A stretch of 64,000 bases of DNA from the NCBI GenBank assembly GCA_030141605.1, contig JAQGDQ010000112.1, positions 496,001 to 560,000 of the forward strand, in the 5' to 3' direction. This document shows positions 1 to 13,000 of the stretch, in pieces. Every line of letters starts with the position of its first letter. Position 1 is the first letter of the stretch. Made by a program: the position numbers and the translations under genes. The notes under the pieces are model-generated. The model made no database searches and was not told where the DNA came from. It was given only the letters and a program-made list of their open reading frames with translations. The DNA comes from Tubiluchus corallicola (Eukaryota > Animalia > Priapulida).

Positions 1-1435
1 GTTCACATTGGTGGTTCTGACTAACGATTCTGGTAACTGTTACTGTTGTCAGGTGTATCCCAAGACTGTTGCTGTGTTGCCTGTGCTGCTACACTTGTTA
101 CTGTTGCTGTTGTTGTTGCTGCTGTTGTTGTGGCTATTTAAGCACTTGCTTGTTTACTAAATAGTTTATTTACTCACTGAAGTTCAGGCCGTCGTGTGAC
201 CTTTGTCCGACGATCTGTCATCAGTTAGTGAGCAGTGAGTTTACTGCAGAGGGCCCCTTCCTGTGTTCTTACTGCTGTATCACGTACGGTAGCACCTGCA
301 CGTGAGATGATTAAAGTGCGACGGCACTGCGCTGAGGCTGCCTCACACTCTCAACCAGCATTTTCTTGTTTTCGAGTTCTTCAACAGTGTAATCATTGCC
401 TTTAACTGATACTGTTAAAATTGTGCCGGCTGCATATTTTGAATGATTTTTGTCAAGCTTTTTTTAATTGCCTGTGTATTGTTAACCATCTGAGCAAGTC
501 GTCAAGGCTGCTAACAATTTCTTGAGAAGTAGGGAAAATTTTGAAGATTTGTAAAGGCGTGACCCTCATTGCTTGGTTTCTGAGCTGTATAAAGCAACTT
601 ATAATTCTTCTGGAAAATGATGTTAAGTCCCAAATAAATTTGTTAGAAAATTATGAGAGTTACAGAGTCAAAAGATTTATTAATATCAACAGCTAATTTT
701 CTGAGATATTTTACTGATTCTAATTTTTTATCCATTTAGTGGTGCTGTGATGACAATAAATGAATGCGCACAATGAGTGACTGCATGCAGTAAGTATACA
801 GATTGTTTTTCATACCAGTCAAAAAAAAATATGTTCCACTATTTTCCAAAGTGTCTTTCAAATCACTTGGCTAAGATTTTTGTGAGTGTAGTCAGTCTGA
901 GTTGATCAAATTAGGTGAATTTAACATATTTATTGAGCATGGACGATCGTTTATGCTATCATAGCCAAAACGACCATCTGCTCTCATTAAATACGTTGAT
1001 TCCTAGAAGCACTAGGTGAGTTTATTTTTGATATGCAGTATTAACAGTCTGCTTTTTCAAAATTTGGAATTTTCAACTGAGTCAAGATGTGTGCTGCTAG
1101 TCAGCTAGTATTTCAGCATGTTTTTAATACAGACGCAATAAGTGTCCACTTTGCTTGCAGCCAGTTTTTTAATTCTTTTTTTATGAAAATTTATTTATCT
1201 GTAAACATTTGGATCGTGGATCACCATTAAAATGGGACATAACTGTTATTTTCCACTGAAACTCAACTCTATACATCTCCTGGCAAGTTCAGTTTAAGGT
1301 AGTACATGTACTGAAATCGTTAGAAGTGCTTATTTTGAAATGGTTTTGAAGATTTTGTTGACTAATAACTTAATTTGGAAGATGTAACATTGGTCACCTA
1401 ATTTAGTAACTCTAAAAACTGCGATGAATTTTTGT

Positions 1436-1820
1436 GTTTAAAGTGTGATCAATGTGAAACAACATTTCCTCGTTTTGCTGCCCCCAAAAGTCAAGACAAG
1501 AGCAGACAAGACTGCTCTGGCTCAGATGAAACATCGTATAACTCATTATAAGGTGAAAGAAATTATAAGTGTCATGTCTGTGAGTTTTGAATTTCGTTTT
1601 AATGCAAACTTACATGATCATCTAAAGAGAAAACGACCCAATGTTTAAATCATAGTTTTGAACAATATGTGCATGGTTAATTGATGTAAGAAGGTGCTTC
1701 GATTCCGTAATGTTTGCCTGGATTCCATCGCAGAACTCGCACAGACAAATGCTACATCTATAAACTGGAATTTAGCTTTAATACAATCTTACATGATCAT
1801 TTTAAGAGGAAAACATACTA
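1436..1820 (+). pseudogene. Degenerate partial copies of the downstream C2H2 zinc-finger exon
   Basis: 1436-1475 resembles the first finger (aaatgtgaccagtgtgag, ~4560). 1540-1648 (FEFRFNANLHDHLKRKRP) and ~1683-1820 resemble the last fingers (5370-5520, LEFRFNTNLRDHLKRKHP), with frameshifts and deletions. Confidence 0.7.
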
Positions 1821-2052
1821 AAATTTGAGGGTTATTAATTAGTCAAATTTTGAACTTAAGGCAAAATTGCTTCAGTAGCGAGAAGTGGAAATTATTGTAC
1901 TTGGTAAAAACTTGTTGTTTTTTTTCAATAATTTCTGAATGATTTAGAGTTGCAAACTATAAAATTTTACCACTATTAGGAGATGAATCGTCAAATTTTG
2001 CAAGCAACTACATAATTAGTTTTTCATAATTATGTGTAATTACATGTTAAGC

Positions 2053-3074
2053 CAGGGGTGTGCAAACTGTGGCCCGCCAATAGATCTTGTGCGGCCCGCA
2101 AAGAGGTTTGTCAACGTAATGAAAATGCGGCCCATGCGACCCAGCTGAAGTCCGCGCCACTATCGCAAAACTAGCGCAGGTCGGACGGCATTAACCCTTA
2201 CAAGACCGTTGTCACTTAATGTCACTGTCGGACATCAGGAAATTAACGTTGCTCACTTGGAACACAAAAAAAGCGATGTAATCACATAACACAGCAAACT
2301 GTCACGGAAGCCGCCATTCAAGCGCTCAAATGAGCAAGAAATGCTAGAAGCAATCTATTTGGCTGGTAGGAAGACCAATTAGCCAATCTCTAGGCTTCTA
2401 TTATCGGGCCTGTTGATCTGTCTAGTTGTCTTCTTGGTCATAGCAGGAAGAACATATTGACTTGGGTATTTTACAAAATAAATTATAAATAAATAAATTA
2501 TAAGTAAAATTATAAAATAACCAAGTCAAAATGATCTACCTACTATGACCAAGAAGACAACTGGGCAGACCAATTTGTAAGTAGCCAGCAAGCTGAAAAA
2601 GTGTGGTCACCCCTGGTATAGGGGGATTCCCAGATTTTAGTTTCAGCTTAGGCTCAGTAGTACTCACCTCAATCAGTGGCTATTTCATCGTTTCATCAGA
2701 TGTAATGTTCTTATAGATCAGAATCATGGATAAGAAAAAGAGGAAGATTGAAGAAGAACAGCGAGTCAAAACAGATTAATATGCACTGTACTACACAGAC
2801 TGTGTGATGCACATTACTAATATGCATTGTAATGAAATTACCACTATCTGTTGTGAAAGTAGAAATATATGATTTTTAATATAAATTTTAATAACTTCTA
2901 AAATAGTTTCTTGAGTGTAGCAGTGCAGTAGTAATGATGTGCGCAATTCGGATGCAAAAAAATCGTTATTAGGTCCTGCTGTACTTGGCTTCTTGACCAA
3001 ACTGCATGTGGCCCACTGGAATTGCGGGAACTGTTTAATGTGGCCCGGCTAGTAAGATAATTTGCACACCTCGG
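2053..3074 (+). mobile_element. Non-autonomous hAT (Charlie/Buster-like) DNA transposon relic with nested insertions
   Basis: TIRs CAGGGGTGTGCAAA / TTTGCACACCTCGG; 8-bp TSD tgttaagc (2045-2052) vs tattaagc (3075-3082); subterminal GCGGCCC motifs; remnant MDKKKRKIEEEQRV at 2726 resembles hAT transposase N-termini. Confidence 0.7.
2413..2573. mobile_element. Small foldback/MITE nested in the hAT relic
   Basis: About 60-bp imperfect inverted arms (agttgtcttcttggtcatag / ctatgaccaagaagacaact) around an AT-rich spacer. Confidence 0.6.
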
Positions 3075-3855
3075 TATTAAGCTCTGTGATGTTAGTTTTT
3101 TCACTGTATAATTTACATGGGTATATTTTTATTGTATTGCAAAATCTATGCAATTCTAATTGTCAAGTGCATCCAGTTCTCATGTTTATTTGAAAAAAGG
3201 CAATATCACTAGACAAACTGTCCGTTGTTCTGATTTTGATTTTTTCTCACAATTGTTTTTCTTTCCAGTATATTCTGCTTGCAGTTTATGAAATGTTAGT
3301 AGTGCCATAAGATAAATAATTTTTCTGACTTGATGGTAGACATGCAAAGATGTGGAAAAGGTTTTCTGTCATGCACTTCAGGTAATCTTATATTATATAA
3401 TTGCATGATATATGAATAAATACTTGCATGAATACTGCATGAATATTGTATGAATACTGCACGCAGTAGGCCTATGTTTGATAAAAAGTATTTTACTAAA
3501 CTAATTAAATTTAGTTGAAATGTGTTAATGAATTTACAATTTTTTGTTATAATTGTGCATGACTGCTTGATTTATACATTTTGTAAACTGATATTTATGC
3601 ACTTTTTTAGCACGGCTGTTAGTTGACACATTTGTTATTATGCATTAACTGCACCAATAAAATGCTTGCGATTCTGGATCTGTAATTTCTAGCATAACTT
3701 GTATCTTTAGTAACATGTGACAAAGTTTGGTGATTTATGTAGCATAAGTTTAACAATAAATAGAATAGTTTTTTTATGAATACCCCTATGATTTTAATTG
3801 CATTAGGACTTTAAACTGATTTTCATCAAACTGATAAACAGATGTGTACAAACAG

Positions 3856-4215
3856 AAGTTACTAAAACAGTTATTGAACTTTAATGCTTAACTATGCTAC
3901 ACTACTACTGAACACTGTCACTTAAGCATGAAAAATTAAGCCAATACTTTGCCAAAGTTACTAAAACAGTTATTGAACTTTAATGCTTAACTATGCTACA
4001 CTACTACTAAACACTGTCACTTAAGCATGAAAAATTAAGCCAATGCTTTGCTAAAGTTACTAGAACAGTTTGTGAACTTTAATGCTTATCTATACTGCAC
4101 TACTTTTAAGCACTGACACTTAAGTATGAAAAATTAAGCCAATGCTTTGCTAAAGTTACTAGAACAATTAGTGAGTTTTAATGCTTGACTATGCCACACT
4201 ACTACCAAACACTGT
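3856..4215. repeat. Tandem repeat, 99-bp unit, ~3.6 copies
   Basis: aagttacta(a/g)aaca...aagccaat(a/g)ctttgc recurs at 3856, 3955, 4054 and 4153. Confidence 0.9.
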
Positions 4216-4444
4216 TTGTTTGATCAGTGCTCACTTTTTTTCTTACAGTCTTTCCTTAAATGAGCAAATACAGAAACAGATAGCATTTTCTCTTTTGGTT
4301 ATAAATGATCTAAGTCGATGTAAAAAAGGAGATGCATCCCAAGACTATTGTCTTACTTTGTTCTAAGAGCAACGCAAAGTTCTACATATTCTTTCCCGAA
4401 GAATGATTCAATTTCACATTTAGTTGGTGGCGAGATGCTGCATT

Positions 4445-5569
4445 ATGGATCACCTTTTGTCACAAAACTACAAACTTAAAAGCTGTCGAGTAATTCTACA
4501 AAAAGTTAAGAACAGTGATCAAAGTGAAAACAGTGGAATTGATGGTGAATTTTCACCTTTAAAATGTGACCAGTGTGAGGCCACTTTCTGTCGCTCTGCA
4601 GCTCTTGAGAGCCATGTGAAGGTAAGTCATTGTGCAGAAAAGACTTCATCGGAAACAGAAGAAACCAATTCAAGTGAAATAGATGCTGAACTTAGTGATG
4701 GTCATAATTATAGTGCATGTGACAGTGATAGTAGTGATGATACTGATGCTAGAAGAGATAGTGAAAAAATTTTCACTAATTACAAACACATCAAAACATG
4801 TGGTAACAGCTTTGTGAAAAGAAACTTAGATAGCTTTACTAATCCCGAAATCTTTAAGTGTGATTTATGTTCAGCTATCGTTGGTAGTAGTTATGCACTC
4901 AATACTCATATTAGTCTTGTGCATGCTAAGGAGAAACCTTACTTATGTGAAATATGTGGTATCACAATGGGATTGCTTAGTACGCTTGTAACTCACCTGC
5001 GTACTCACACAAAGGAAAGACCTTACAAATGTAATATATGCAATAAAAGTTATGTTCAACCTGGAGATTTGAGGCAGCATATGCTAACCCATAATGCAAA
5101 ATCGCTTCTGTGCGAATACTGTGGTAAGCTGTTCACGACTTTGGGCGTTTTAAAAAGACATATCAGATTGTCCCATGAAGACAGGACTTTGAACAAGTGT
5201 AAAATTTGTTCCAAACATTTTCCGGATAGTACACGTTTAAAATACCACATTAATCGGCACACTGGTCAAAAGCCCTTCAAATGTGATATATGTTTAAAAG
5301 GGTTTGCATCACCGGCTGCTGTTTATACACATAAACGTAAGCATGAAGACAAAGCTTTACAATGCAAAGTTTGTAATAAGATGTTTCGATTCCCTAACAA
5401 CTTAACTTATCATTACAGAACTCATACAGGTGAAAGAAATTATGAATGTCAAGTTTGTGGTCTTGAATTTCGTTTTAACACCAACTTGCGCGATCATCTA
5501 AAGAGAAAACATCCTGATGCTCAAGCAGAACAAAGTCAACCAAAATTTAATACGACATCCAACGCATAA
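4445..5569 (+). CDS. C2H2 (Kruppel-type) zinc-finger protein, 9 fingers
   Basis: Open frame 4424-5569 follows an acceptor (atttcacatttag, AG 4422-4423); first in-frame ATG at 4445. Nine CxxC...HxxxH fingers with TKERPY/TGQKPF/TGERNY linkers and an acidic Ser/Asp tract after finger 1. An upstream coding exon cannot be excluded. Confidence 0.92.
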   Translation: MDHLLSQNYKLKSCRVILQKVKNSDQSENSGIDGEFSPLKCDQCEATFCRSAALESHVKVSHCAEKTSSETEETNSSEIDAELSDGHNYSACDSDSSDDTDARRDSEKIFTNYKHIKTCGNSFVKRNLDSFTNPEIFKCDLCSAIVGSSYALNTHISLVHAKEKPYLCEICGITMGLLSTLVTHLRTHTKERPYKCNICNKSYVQPGDLRQHMLTHNAKSLLCEYCGKLFTTLGVLKRHIRLSHEDRTLNKCKICSKHFPDSTRLKYHINRHTGQKPFKCDICLKGFASPAAVYTHKRKHEDKALQCKVCNKMFRFPNNLTYHYRTHTGERNYECQVCGLEFRFNTNLRDHLKRKHPDAQAEQSQPKFNTTSNA

Positions 5570-6106
5570 TATATATGTAAAGCATGTACAATTTCTAAAT
5601 GAAAAATTTATACCCAATTTGTACATTTGTATGTGAACTGAATATTGTACAGTCAAATCTCATAACGCCAGATCTGGGACACCACTAAATATGGCACTAT
5701 AGCTGGGTTGGTGGGAAGGCGAGGTTCATTAATATGAAAACCATTCTACTGTGTAACCTCTATTTTGTTTCCTAGTTAATTTTAATAAGTGATAAATAGT
5801 AAAATATTATTATATCTACAACAATACATGTGTTATACTGCACATTTTTGCTGCATTAACAATGCTGGTGTAGTTCTACAGCAGTGCCTAGCAAAACTCT
5901 TAGGTGACACAACTTGGAGAAGAAATCTTGTGAAATACTCGTAAATTAGATAACTGATGATAAGAGGAATATGCCCCAATGCGGTGCACCAAATTTCCAT
6001 CAGTTTGCCCACAATTTGAATTGGAATCACAGAATTTCCCGCTAGACCAATCCCCACTGCCAAATTTTTTGAAAATAATAATCCCCAAAAATGTTTCAAT
6101 ATTCTT

Positions 6107-6505
6107 ATGCATTCGAGTAAAGATGGAAAAAAACATGCATTAAATGCCTATACAATACCCCGTGTACAGGTAGCCGCTGGAAGGAATTTCATCAACATTC
6201 TCCTTTTTATCTCTCTTTCGCCATTGCAAACAGATTATACCCACTGTCATTCTATACACCTGACTAACCTTAACCGTCTTCTAGACAAGTCCGGCGAACC
6301 CCGTCAATATTGCGTAAGATGTTTGCGGCCTTTCCATGCACATGGTATCACCCTCGTTCAATGTAGATGCGAATGCTATCAAGCTGATGGACATGTGCAA
6401 GAAAAATTGCCGCCTACAAGTACTAAATTAACCATTGCAAATATCTGCAAACAGCTGTCTCCCACCTGCTTTGCTTATTGCAATTTTGAAACAACTTTTG
6501 AAGTT
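6107..6505 (+). mobile_element. Relic of a Polinton/adintovirus-like protein-primed DNA polymerase B N-terminal region
   Basis: Motif order INILL...H..I.LTNLNRLL...YCVRCLRPF...C...P....L.I.N..K.L...CFAYCNFE matches my recollection of HINLLL..HY..I.NLSRL..CxRCL..F...YADFE (ExoI) in invertebrate pPolB-like proteins. Recognised by eye, not by database search. Confidence 0.55.
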
Positions 6506-8264
6506 GTTATTGTGTCACTTTCATATGCTTGAATTTAGACACACACAGAAAACTATGGATAAGAAGCAAATAGCTACAGTTAATCTTTGCATTTGACACA
6601 ACAGAAAAGTGTTTATTTTACTAAAGAAACATGAGTAGAAAAAAACTGCTGCACTGTGAACGTTTAGTAACACTAGAATAGAAACCAATCAGTAAAACCT
6701 GTTTCACAGCTAGAAATCAAGCATACACCCTAGACCTATGCAGAGTTGCATAGGTTTCACAACAACCATTGAATTAAACTAGGGAAAGGACCAGTATGTA
6801 CACAGTCACTGGACCATACAATCATACTGAAGGTGTTTTATATATATATATATATATTACTTACTATTGCAGTATATATATATATATATTCCTCATATAG
6901 ATGCTAGCAAGTGCAACTATTTTAAAAGAAAGTAACATTAAAATGTAGTGTAGCATTTTTATTTTTTTTCATCTGCATAGTACAAATGTTTCACAAAGCC
7001 TAATAAATCCACAATGTCGAAAAATTACACAATGTCATTTAAAAAAATCGCAATAATATTAAAATGCTTAGTGCATGTCACAAATACTAATAAATATATA
7101 TGGCCATCATTTTATTTTTTCATTAGATAGTGAAAATATGCGTGCAGTATTTTTTCCAAAATGGTTAGCCGAAAATATAAATTTAAGACGTCCAATATAT
7201 AAACGCGCGCTTACAGGTTACAGCGTTTTGTTAAAGGCAGTTTCTGCTGGTGCGTTACTACGTTAGTTCATCCACCTAGAGCCATTTTTGTTGTTAGTGG
7301 CAGCAGGTGATTGCACGTACTACGTTCATTCATTTTTCATTGGTGTAAACCATTTTTGTCGAAAGGTGGCGGTAGCTTACAGTGGGCTAGACAGGTAGAG
7401 AGAGAAGAGTTTATTTAGTAATAAACTAATAGTCGTGCGCTAGGATATAATTTTTATATGAATGGTACACGCTTTATAAACACACACACGACAAATCAGG
7501 GCTATATTCTCTTCCTTTTTTTACAAAAACAGTATAATGCCTCTACGTACATATATAAAAAGATCTTTATCTTTGAAAAATAAATGCAATAAAGGGCTAT
7601 AGACATATGACGAGATTTTTATTTTACGATAATAATGGAATCATGCATATAAAAAAGATTTTTTTAAACGCGCTACATTTTTTCGAGAAGAATAAATGGA
7701 AGAATGGCCCATAAAAAAAATGTGGTACATTCTATTAAGAAAGAAATAAGCTATATTAAATTAAAGCTAATAAATGTGCTAAAGAGGAGGAGGGATAATA
7801 GTTCTGCTATTTTTCCTCCTTCCTCTTTTCTTTGGAGGGGAAACCATAGAGCATAGGCTCCGCACATGTCCCAGTAGAGGTGACTGGAACACTTTCGTAT
7901 TTAGAAATGTCCTGATTCTGTGGTGGACAACAGTCTATAGGAATCAAATAGTTCTCCACGACCTGAGGCGTTTAGATACAGCGCCACCCAATGTTCTCCC
8001 GGTAAATTGAGTGGTTGAGTATTGACGATGTAACTGGCAGGTAGCTGCCTTCTGTTGCTGCTGCTGGTGGTCTGGAGTTAACTCGGAAGCAGAGCAAACA
8101 CCTCGAAATTGACTTCTAGCCAGCGGACTAGCGCATTTTTTCATGAACTCTGTCTGAGCAGTGTCCATCGTCACTGTCACTGCTGCTGCTGCTACTACAG
8201 CTGCTGCTAGTAAGATACGGTTTTAAAAAACTATTAACAGCTGTCCATCTTCTAGGCCATTTTG

Positions 8265-8692
8265 AAATGCTAAATCTTTTTGAATGTCTAAATGACTGAT
8301 CCTAATTCTTTGACGACCCTTCTCTCCCATCAATTGATATTCTTAGAAAAGCATTTGATTTCGTTCCTCTTCTTCGGCAAAATGGAATTTTTTTTATCAA
8401 TGATGTTACTGATTGTGTATCCCCTGACACACGTATACCACTGTTTGTTGAAGATATAAAACCTCATCGTCCAATTAGAAATTCCTCTGATTAAGAGATC
8501 TTACAAGCTGACCTGTCTGAAAGTGTAACAGCTGGTTAATGTCTCTCAAGCGTAGTAAATGCAGTGCACTTCGTATTCGTTCTAATTCTGCAACACCTTA
8601 TTATCTGAATGTTATTGAAGAAAAATCTGTTGTACGTTAATCTCAAAGAACCTGAAGTGGAATTCACATATTGAGCATATTATTTCTCAGGC
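8265..8692 (+). mobile_element. Degenerate LINE (CR1-like) reverse transcriptase fragment
   Basis: Disrupted frames give LNLFECLND and KAFDFVP. It ends in agcatattatttctcaggcca, which is shared with the fragment at 33777. Confidence 0.55.
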
Positions 8693-10094
8693 CAGTTTGA
8701 AAATGGCAGCCATGTTGTTCAATTGGCCTCATATCCAAAATTAATCACATTGATTAGTTTGACATCGTGCAAAATTCTGTTAACTTAAGCAAAAAAACAG
8801 GTTTTTCACCATTCTGCTAGACAATTATGTCGGATCCTGATGGCCATTTTATTTTTTGTTTATTGGGCTGTTTGAATCATTTTGAATTATTTTGGGGCTA
8901 GTAGCAGCTTTTTGGACAGCGTTTTTCGGATTCCGCATAGTCGAATTGATAGGACTGGCTACTTTGCCCACTTTTAGAAAAAAATGCCTCTAGGGTTCCA
9001 CATCTGAAAATGGGACTAGAGTCACTAGACTATAAACAGCTTTTCGCGTACAAACGTGTCTGCGCCAGTTCAGCTTCTTACAGAGAAGCACGATCTAAAT
9101 ATTAGCTAAGTTTTGGTCTGACGCCACTTTGATGGAAATTGTAGCACTTTGACAGCTTGATGTGGCTGAAGTGTGTAAAAATCTTTATGATTCGCAATTT
9201 TATTCACTGACTATTGAGAAATATTTCAATACATGTATCTTGGTTATATTCCAGGAGCAAAAAAACTGACAAACACACAATTGTATAATTGAATTTATTT
9301 ACACAAATTTGAACAAAAAACACAATAAAATATAAGTTTTACAAATGATCAATCTTATAACAGTATATTTTTATTCTTTTTCCTAGCATTAGATCTACGC
9401 AAAGCAAAGATAGTTTCACGTACTACTTTAAGTTAATGCAAAACTTCTCCACTGTAAACTATATACTTGATAGTGGGTACCTTGTATAGGCCTCATTATG
9501 TATTAACAACTTACACCATGTAAACGATTAAGCACAATTATTATAGATAGATTTAGAATCACTGCTGGAAACACATCTGCGGGGCTTGTATCAACTCAGT
9601 CTAAATACCCAAAGTAAACATAGCCCGAGTGCTTATACCTATTACCTCTAACAACACTCTAGCAGCTTTTTTAGATGTCACAGTGTCCGGGATCGCCGCA
9701 ATGACGTTGTTGTTGAGTCGTGGGTGTGGAACAAGATCACTTTGGTAGATCCAACAGATGGTAGATCGTGTTCTGTAGCCTACTTCTAGCTCTGAGAGGA
9801 TCATGCGTATCACAATTTCACAAAATTAATTAAAGCAGTCGTTTCACTCAAGTTTTTCCTGTTTGCTTTCTATTTACCTGTTTAATTGCAAATGAATATC
9901 TTTGGTTCCCATAATGTACAAAATTGGAAATAAAAATAATAAATTGACTAATGCTTGTCGACTAATGTTTTAAACTGTTACAGATTCATATCACAATGGT
10001 GTTCAGAAACATTTTGCAGACAGCTGTCTTCTAGGCGATTAGACGGTCAAGTCCCAATGCCGCCTCACGCATATTTAGTCCAGTTAGACAATAT

Positions 10095-13000
10095 TTACCA
10101 TCCATGACCATACCCACCTCCACCATAACCTCCCCCACCACCATATCCACTTCTACTTTTTCCATAACCACTACCTCCACCATGTTTGCCTCCTCTTCCA
10201 TAATCGCCCCCACTTTTCCCATAGCCACCACCTCCATAACCACCATATCCTCTCCTACCACCGTACGCTCCTCCACTGCCATATCCACCTCTACTTTTTC
10301 CATAACCACCACCACCATAACTGTCTCCACCTCCGTAGCCACCATATCCTCCACCACTATAGCCACCTCCACTATACCCACCACGTCCTCTTCTGCCACC
10401 ATAACCACCTCCAAGATATCCTCCTCCTCCACCACCATATCCTCCTCTACTACCATATCCACCTCCACTTCTTCCGTAGCCACCACCACCTCTACTATAT
10501 CCCCCTCCACCACCATATCCTCCTCTACCTCTACCTCCATATCCATCACCACCATATCCTCCTCCACTTTTTCCATAGCCACCACCACTACTATATCCTC
10601 CCCCTCCTCCATATCCACCTCCGCCATATTGTCTTCTGCCACCATATCCACCTCCACTTTTTCCATAGCCACCTCCACCATATCCACCTCCGCTTTTTCC
10701 ATAGCCACCACCACCATATCCTCCCCCACCTCCTCCATATCCTCTGCCAACACCATATCCCCCTCCACCTTTTCCATATCCTCCCCCACTGTATCCTCCT
10801 CTGCCACCATATCCACCTCCACTTTTTCCATACCCTCCCCCACCTCCTCCATATCCGGCTCCACCACCATATCCCCCTCCAACATTTCCATATCCTCCTC
10901 TGCCACCAAATCCACCTCCACTTTTTCCGTAACCACCACCCCTTCCACCATATCCACCTCCTCCACCGCCATATCCTCCTCTGCCACCATATCCACCTCC
11001 ACTTTTTCCGTAGCCACCACCCCCTCCACCATACCCACCTCCACTTTTTCCGTAGCCACCACCCCCTCCACCACCATATCCTCCTCTGCCACCATATCCG
11101 CCTCCACTTTTTCCGTAACCACCACCACCTCCACTTTTTCCGTAGCCACCACCCCCTCCACCATATCCTCCTCTGCCACCATATCCACCTCCACTTTTTC
11201 CGTAACCACCACCCCTCCCACCATATCCGCCTCCACTTTTTCCGTAGCCACCATCCCCTCCACCATATCCTCCTCCACCACCATATCCTCCTGTGCCACC
11301 ATATCCACCACTTTTTCCGTAGCCACCACCCCCTCCTCCACCACCATATCCTCCTGTGCCACCATATCCACCACTTTTTCCGTAGCCACCACCCCCTCTA
11401 CCATATCCACTTCCACCACCATATCCTCCTGTGCCACTATATCCACCTCCACTTTTTCCATAGCCACCACCCCCTCCACCATACCCACCTCCACTTTTTC
11501 CGTAGCCACCACCCCCTCTACCATATCCACCTCCACTTTTTCCGTAGCCACCACCCCCTCCACCATATCCTCCTCCACCACCATATCCTCCTGTGCCACC
11601 ATAGCCACCTCCACTTTTTCCGTAGCTACCACCACCTCCACTTTTTCCGTAGCCACCACCATATCCTCCTGAACTACCATATCCTCCACCACCATATCCT
11701 CCTGTGCCACCATAGCCACCTCCACTTTTTCCATAGCTACCACCACCTCCACTTTTTCCGTAGCCACCACCATATCCTCCTGAACTACCATATCCTCCAC
11801 CACCATATCCTCCTGTGCCACCATATCCACCTCCACTTTTTCCGTAGCCACCACCCCCTCCACCATATCCTCCCCCACCGAACCCACCTCCACTTTTTCC
11901 ATAGCCACCACCACCTCCACCATATCTGCCGCCTCTTCCACCATATCCGCCTCTACTTTTTCCGTAGCCACCACCTCCACCATATCCTCCACCACCATAT
12001 GCACCTCCACCTTGTCCATGTCCTCCTCTGCTACCATATCCTCCCCCACCCCCACCATGTCTGCCATAACTGCCTCCACTTCCACCATATCCACCATAGC
12101 CTCCTCCACTGCTAACCATTGCCACCTACAAGAAAAATAGTCTAATAATAACTGATTTAGACTATTAATTTTTTTAATTGTAATACTGTATTATAATAAG
12201 CCTTATAATAGGAATTCCAGTGATTGATGATAATCGTGAAAAGGTCAAAGGTTAAATGAACCTAACAATGTCATCTGAACTAAAAAACGCATTTGTTTAC
12301 CCTTGGTAACGCCTCCCAGCGAATGCTATTGTAATAATAACAGTTCTTGGTGTTAATTTTCGCTTCAGTTATTTCATTTAATATAGCTGCTTCTATTTTG
12401 CTAAATGTTTTCGGATAAGAATAACATGTTAGTTTAAAAGTATACACCTGTAGTATACTTTTAGTATACTTGTAGTACACCTACAGCAACTGCGCCTACG
12501 CATGGCGAAACTTATGCACATTATAATTGTACAATGTACTACTCAGTCGATGGCAGGATGCTATAATGGCTTTAATGGTAATTCGGTACTGTGGTACTAA
12601 TATTGCATTGCAGCATGCTCCCACTGCTCGTAATTACGATGGCAATATGCTCACCTTGCACACGTTATTATGACAACGCGCTCACACTTTTCCAAGAAAC
12701 TTGCGTTACAAGTCTTAGAATGAGCCAGCCAATTATAGGCCCTACAATACTGTCTTGTGTGTATGTGCATCCAGACTATTCGACTATACATGCAGTTCAT
12801 CTATACAGGCAGGAGATGGAAGAGATATACCACCAGACTCTCAGTATATCAATATATTCTGCAAAATCTACTATACTGAGTTTAACCAGTAGAGGTCACA
12901 AAATTATGTCACGTGCCCACTTCGAAAAATGAAAAAGGCAGTGTCAACAGCATGGCACTTGGTTATTTGTACCTGTGCCAGTGGACAGTGTGGGATTTAG

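Noticed and set aside
1-660. Gln/Thr/Ala-rich minus-strand reading at the window start
   Set aside because: Interrupted by stops, no recognisable domain, and truncated by the window edge.
10104-11672. 522-aa Thr/Ser/Ile mucin-like ORF on the plus strand
   Set aside because: Antisense shadow of the Gly-rich repeat; no signal peptide or splice support.
10031-12109. 692-aa E/V/D/M-rich ORF (minus strand, alternate frame)
   Set aside because: Frame shadow of the GGN/TAY repeat. Only the Gly-rich frame is in phase with the signal-peptide exon.
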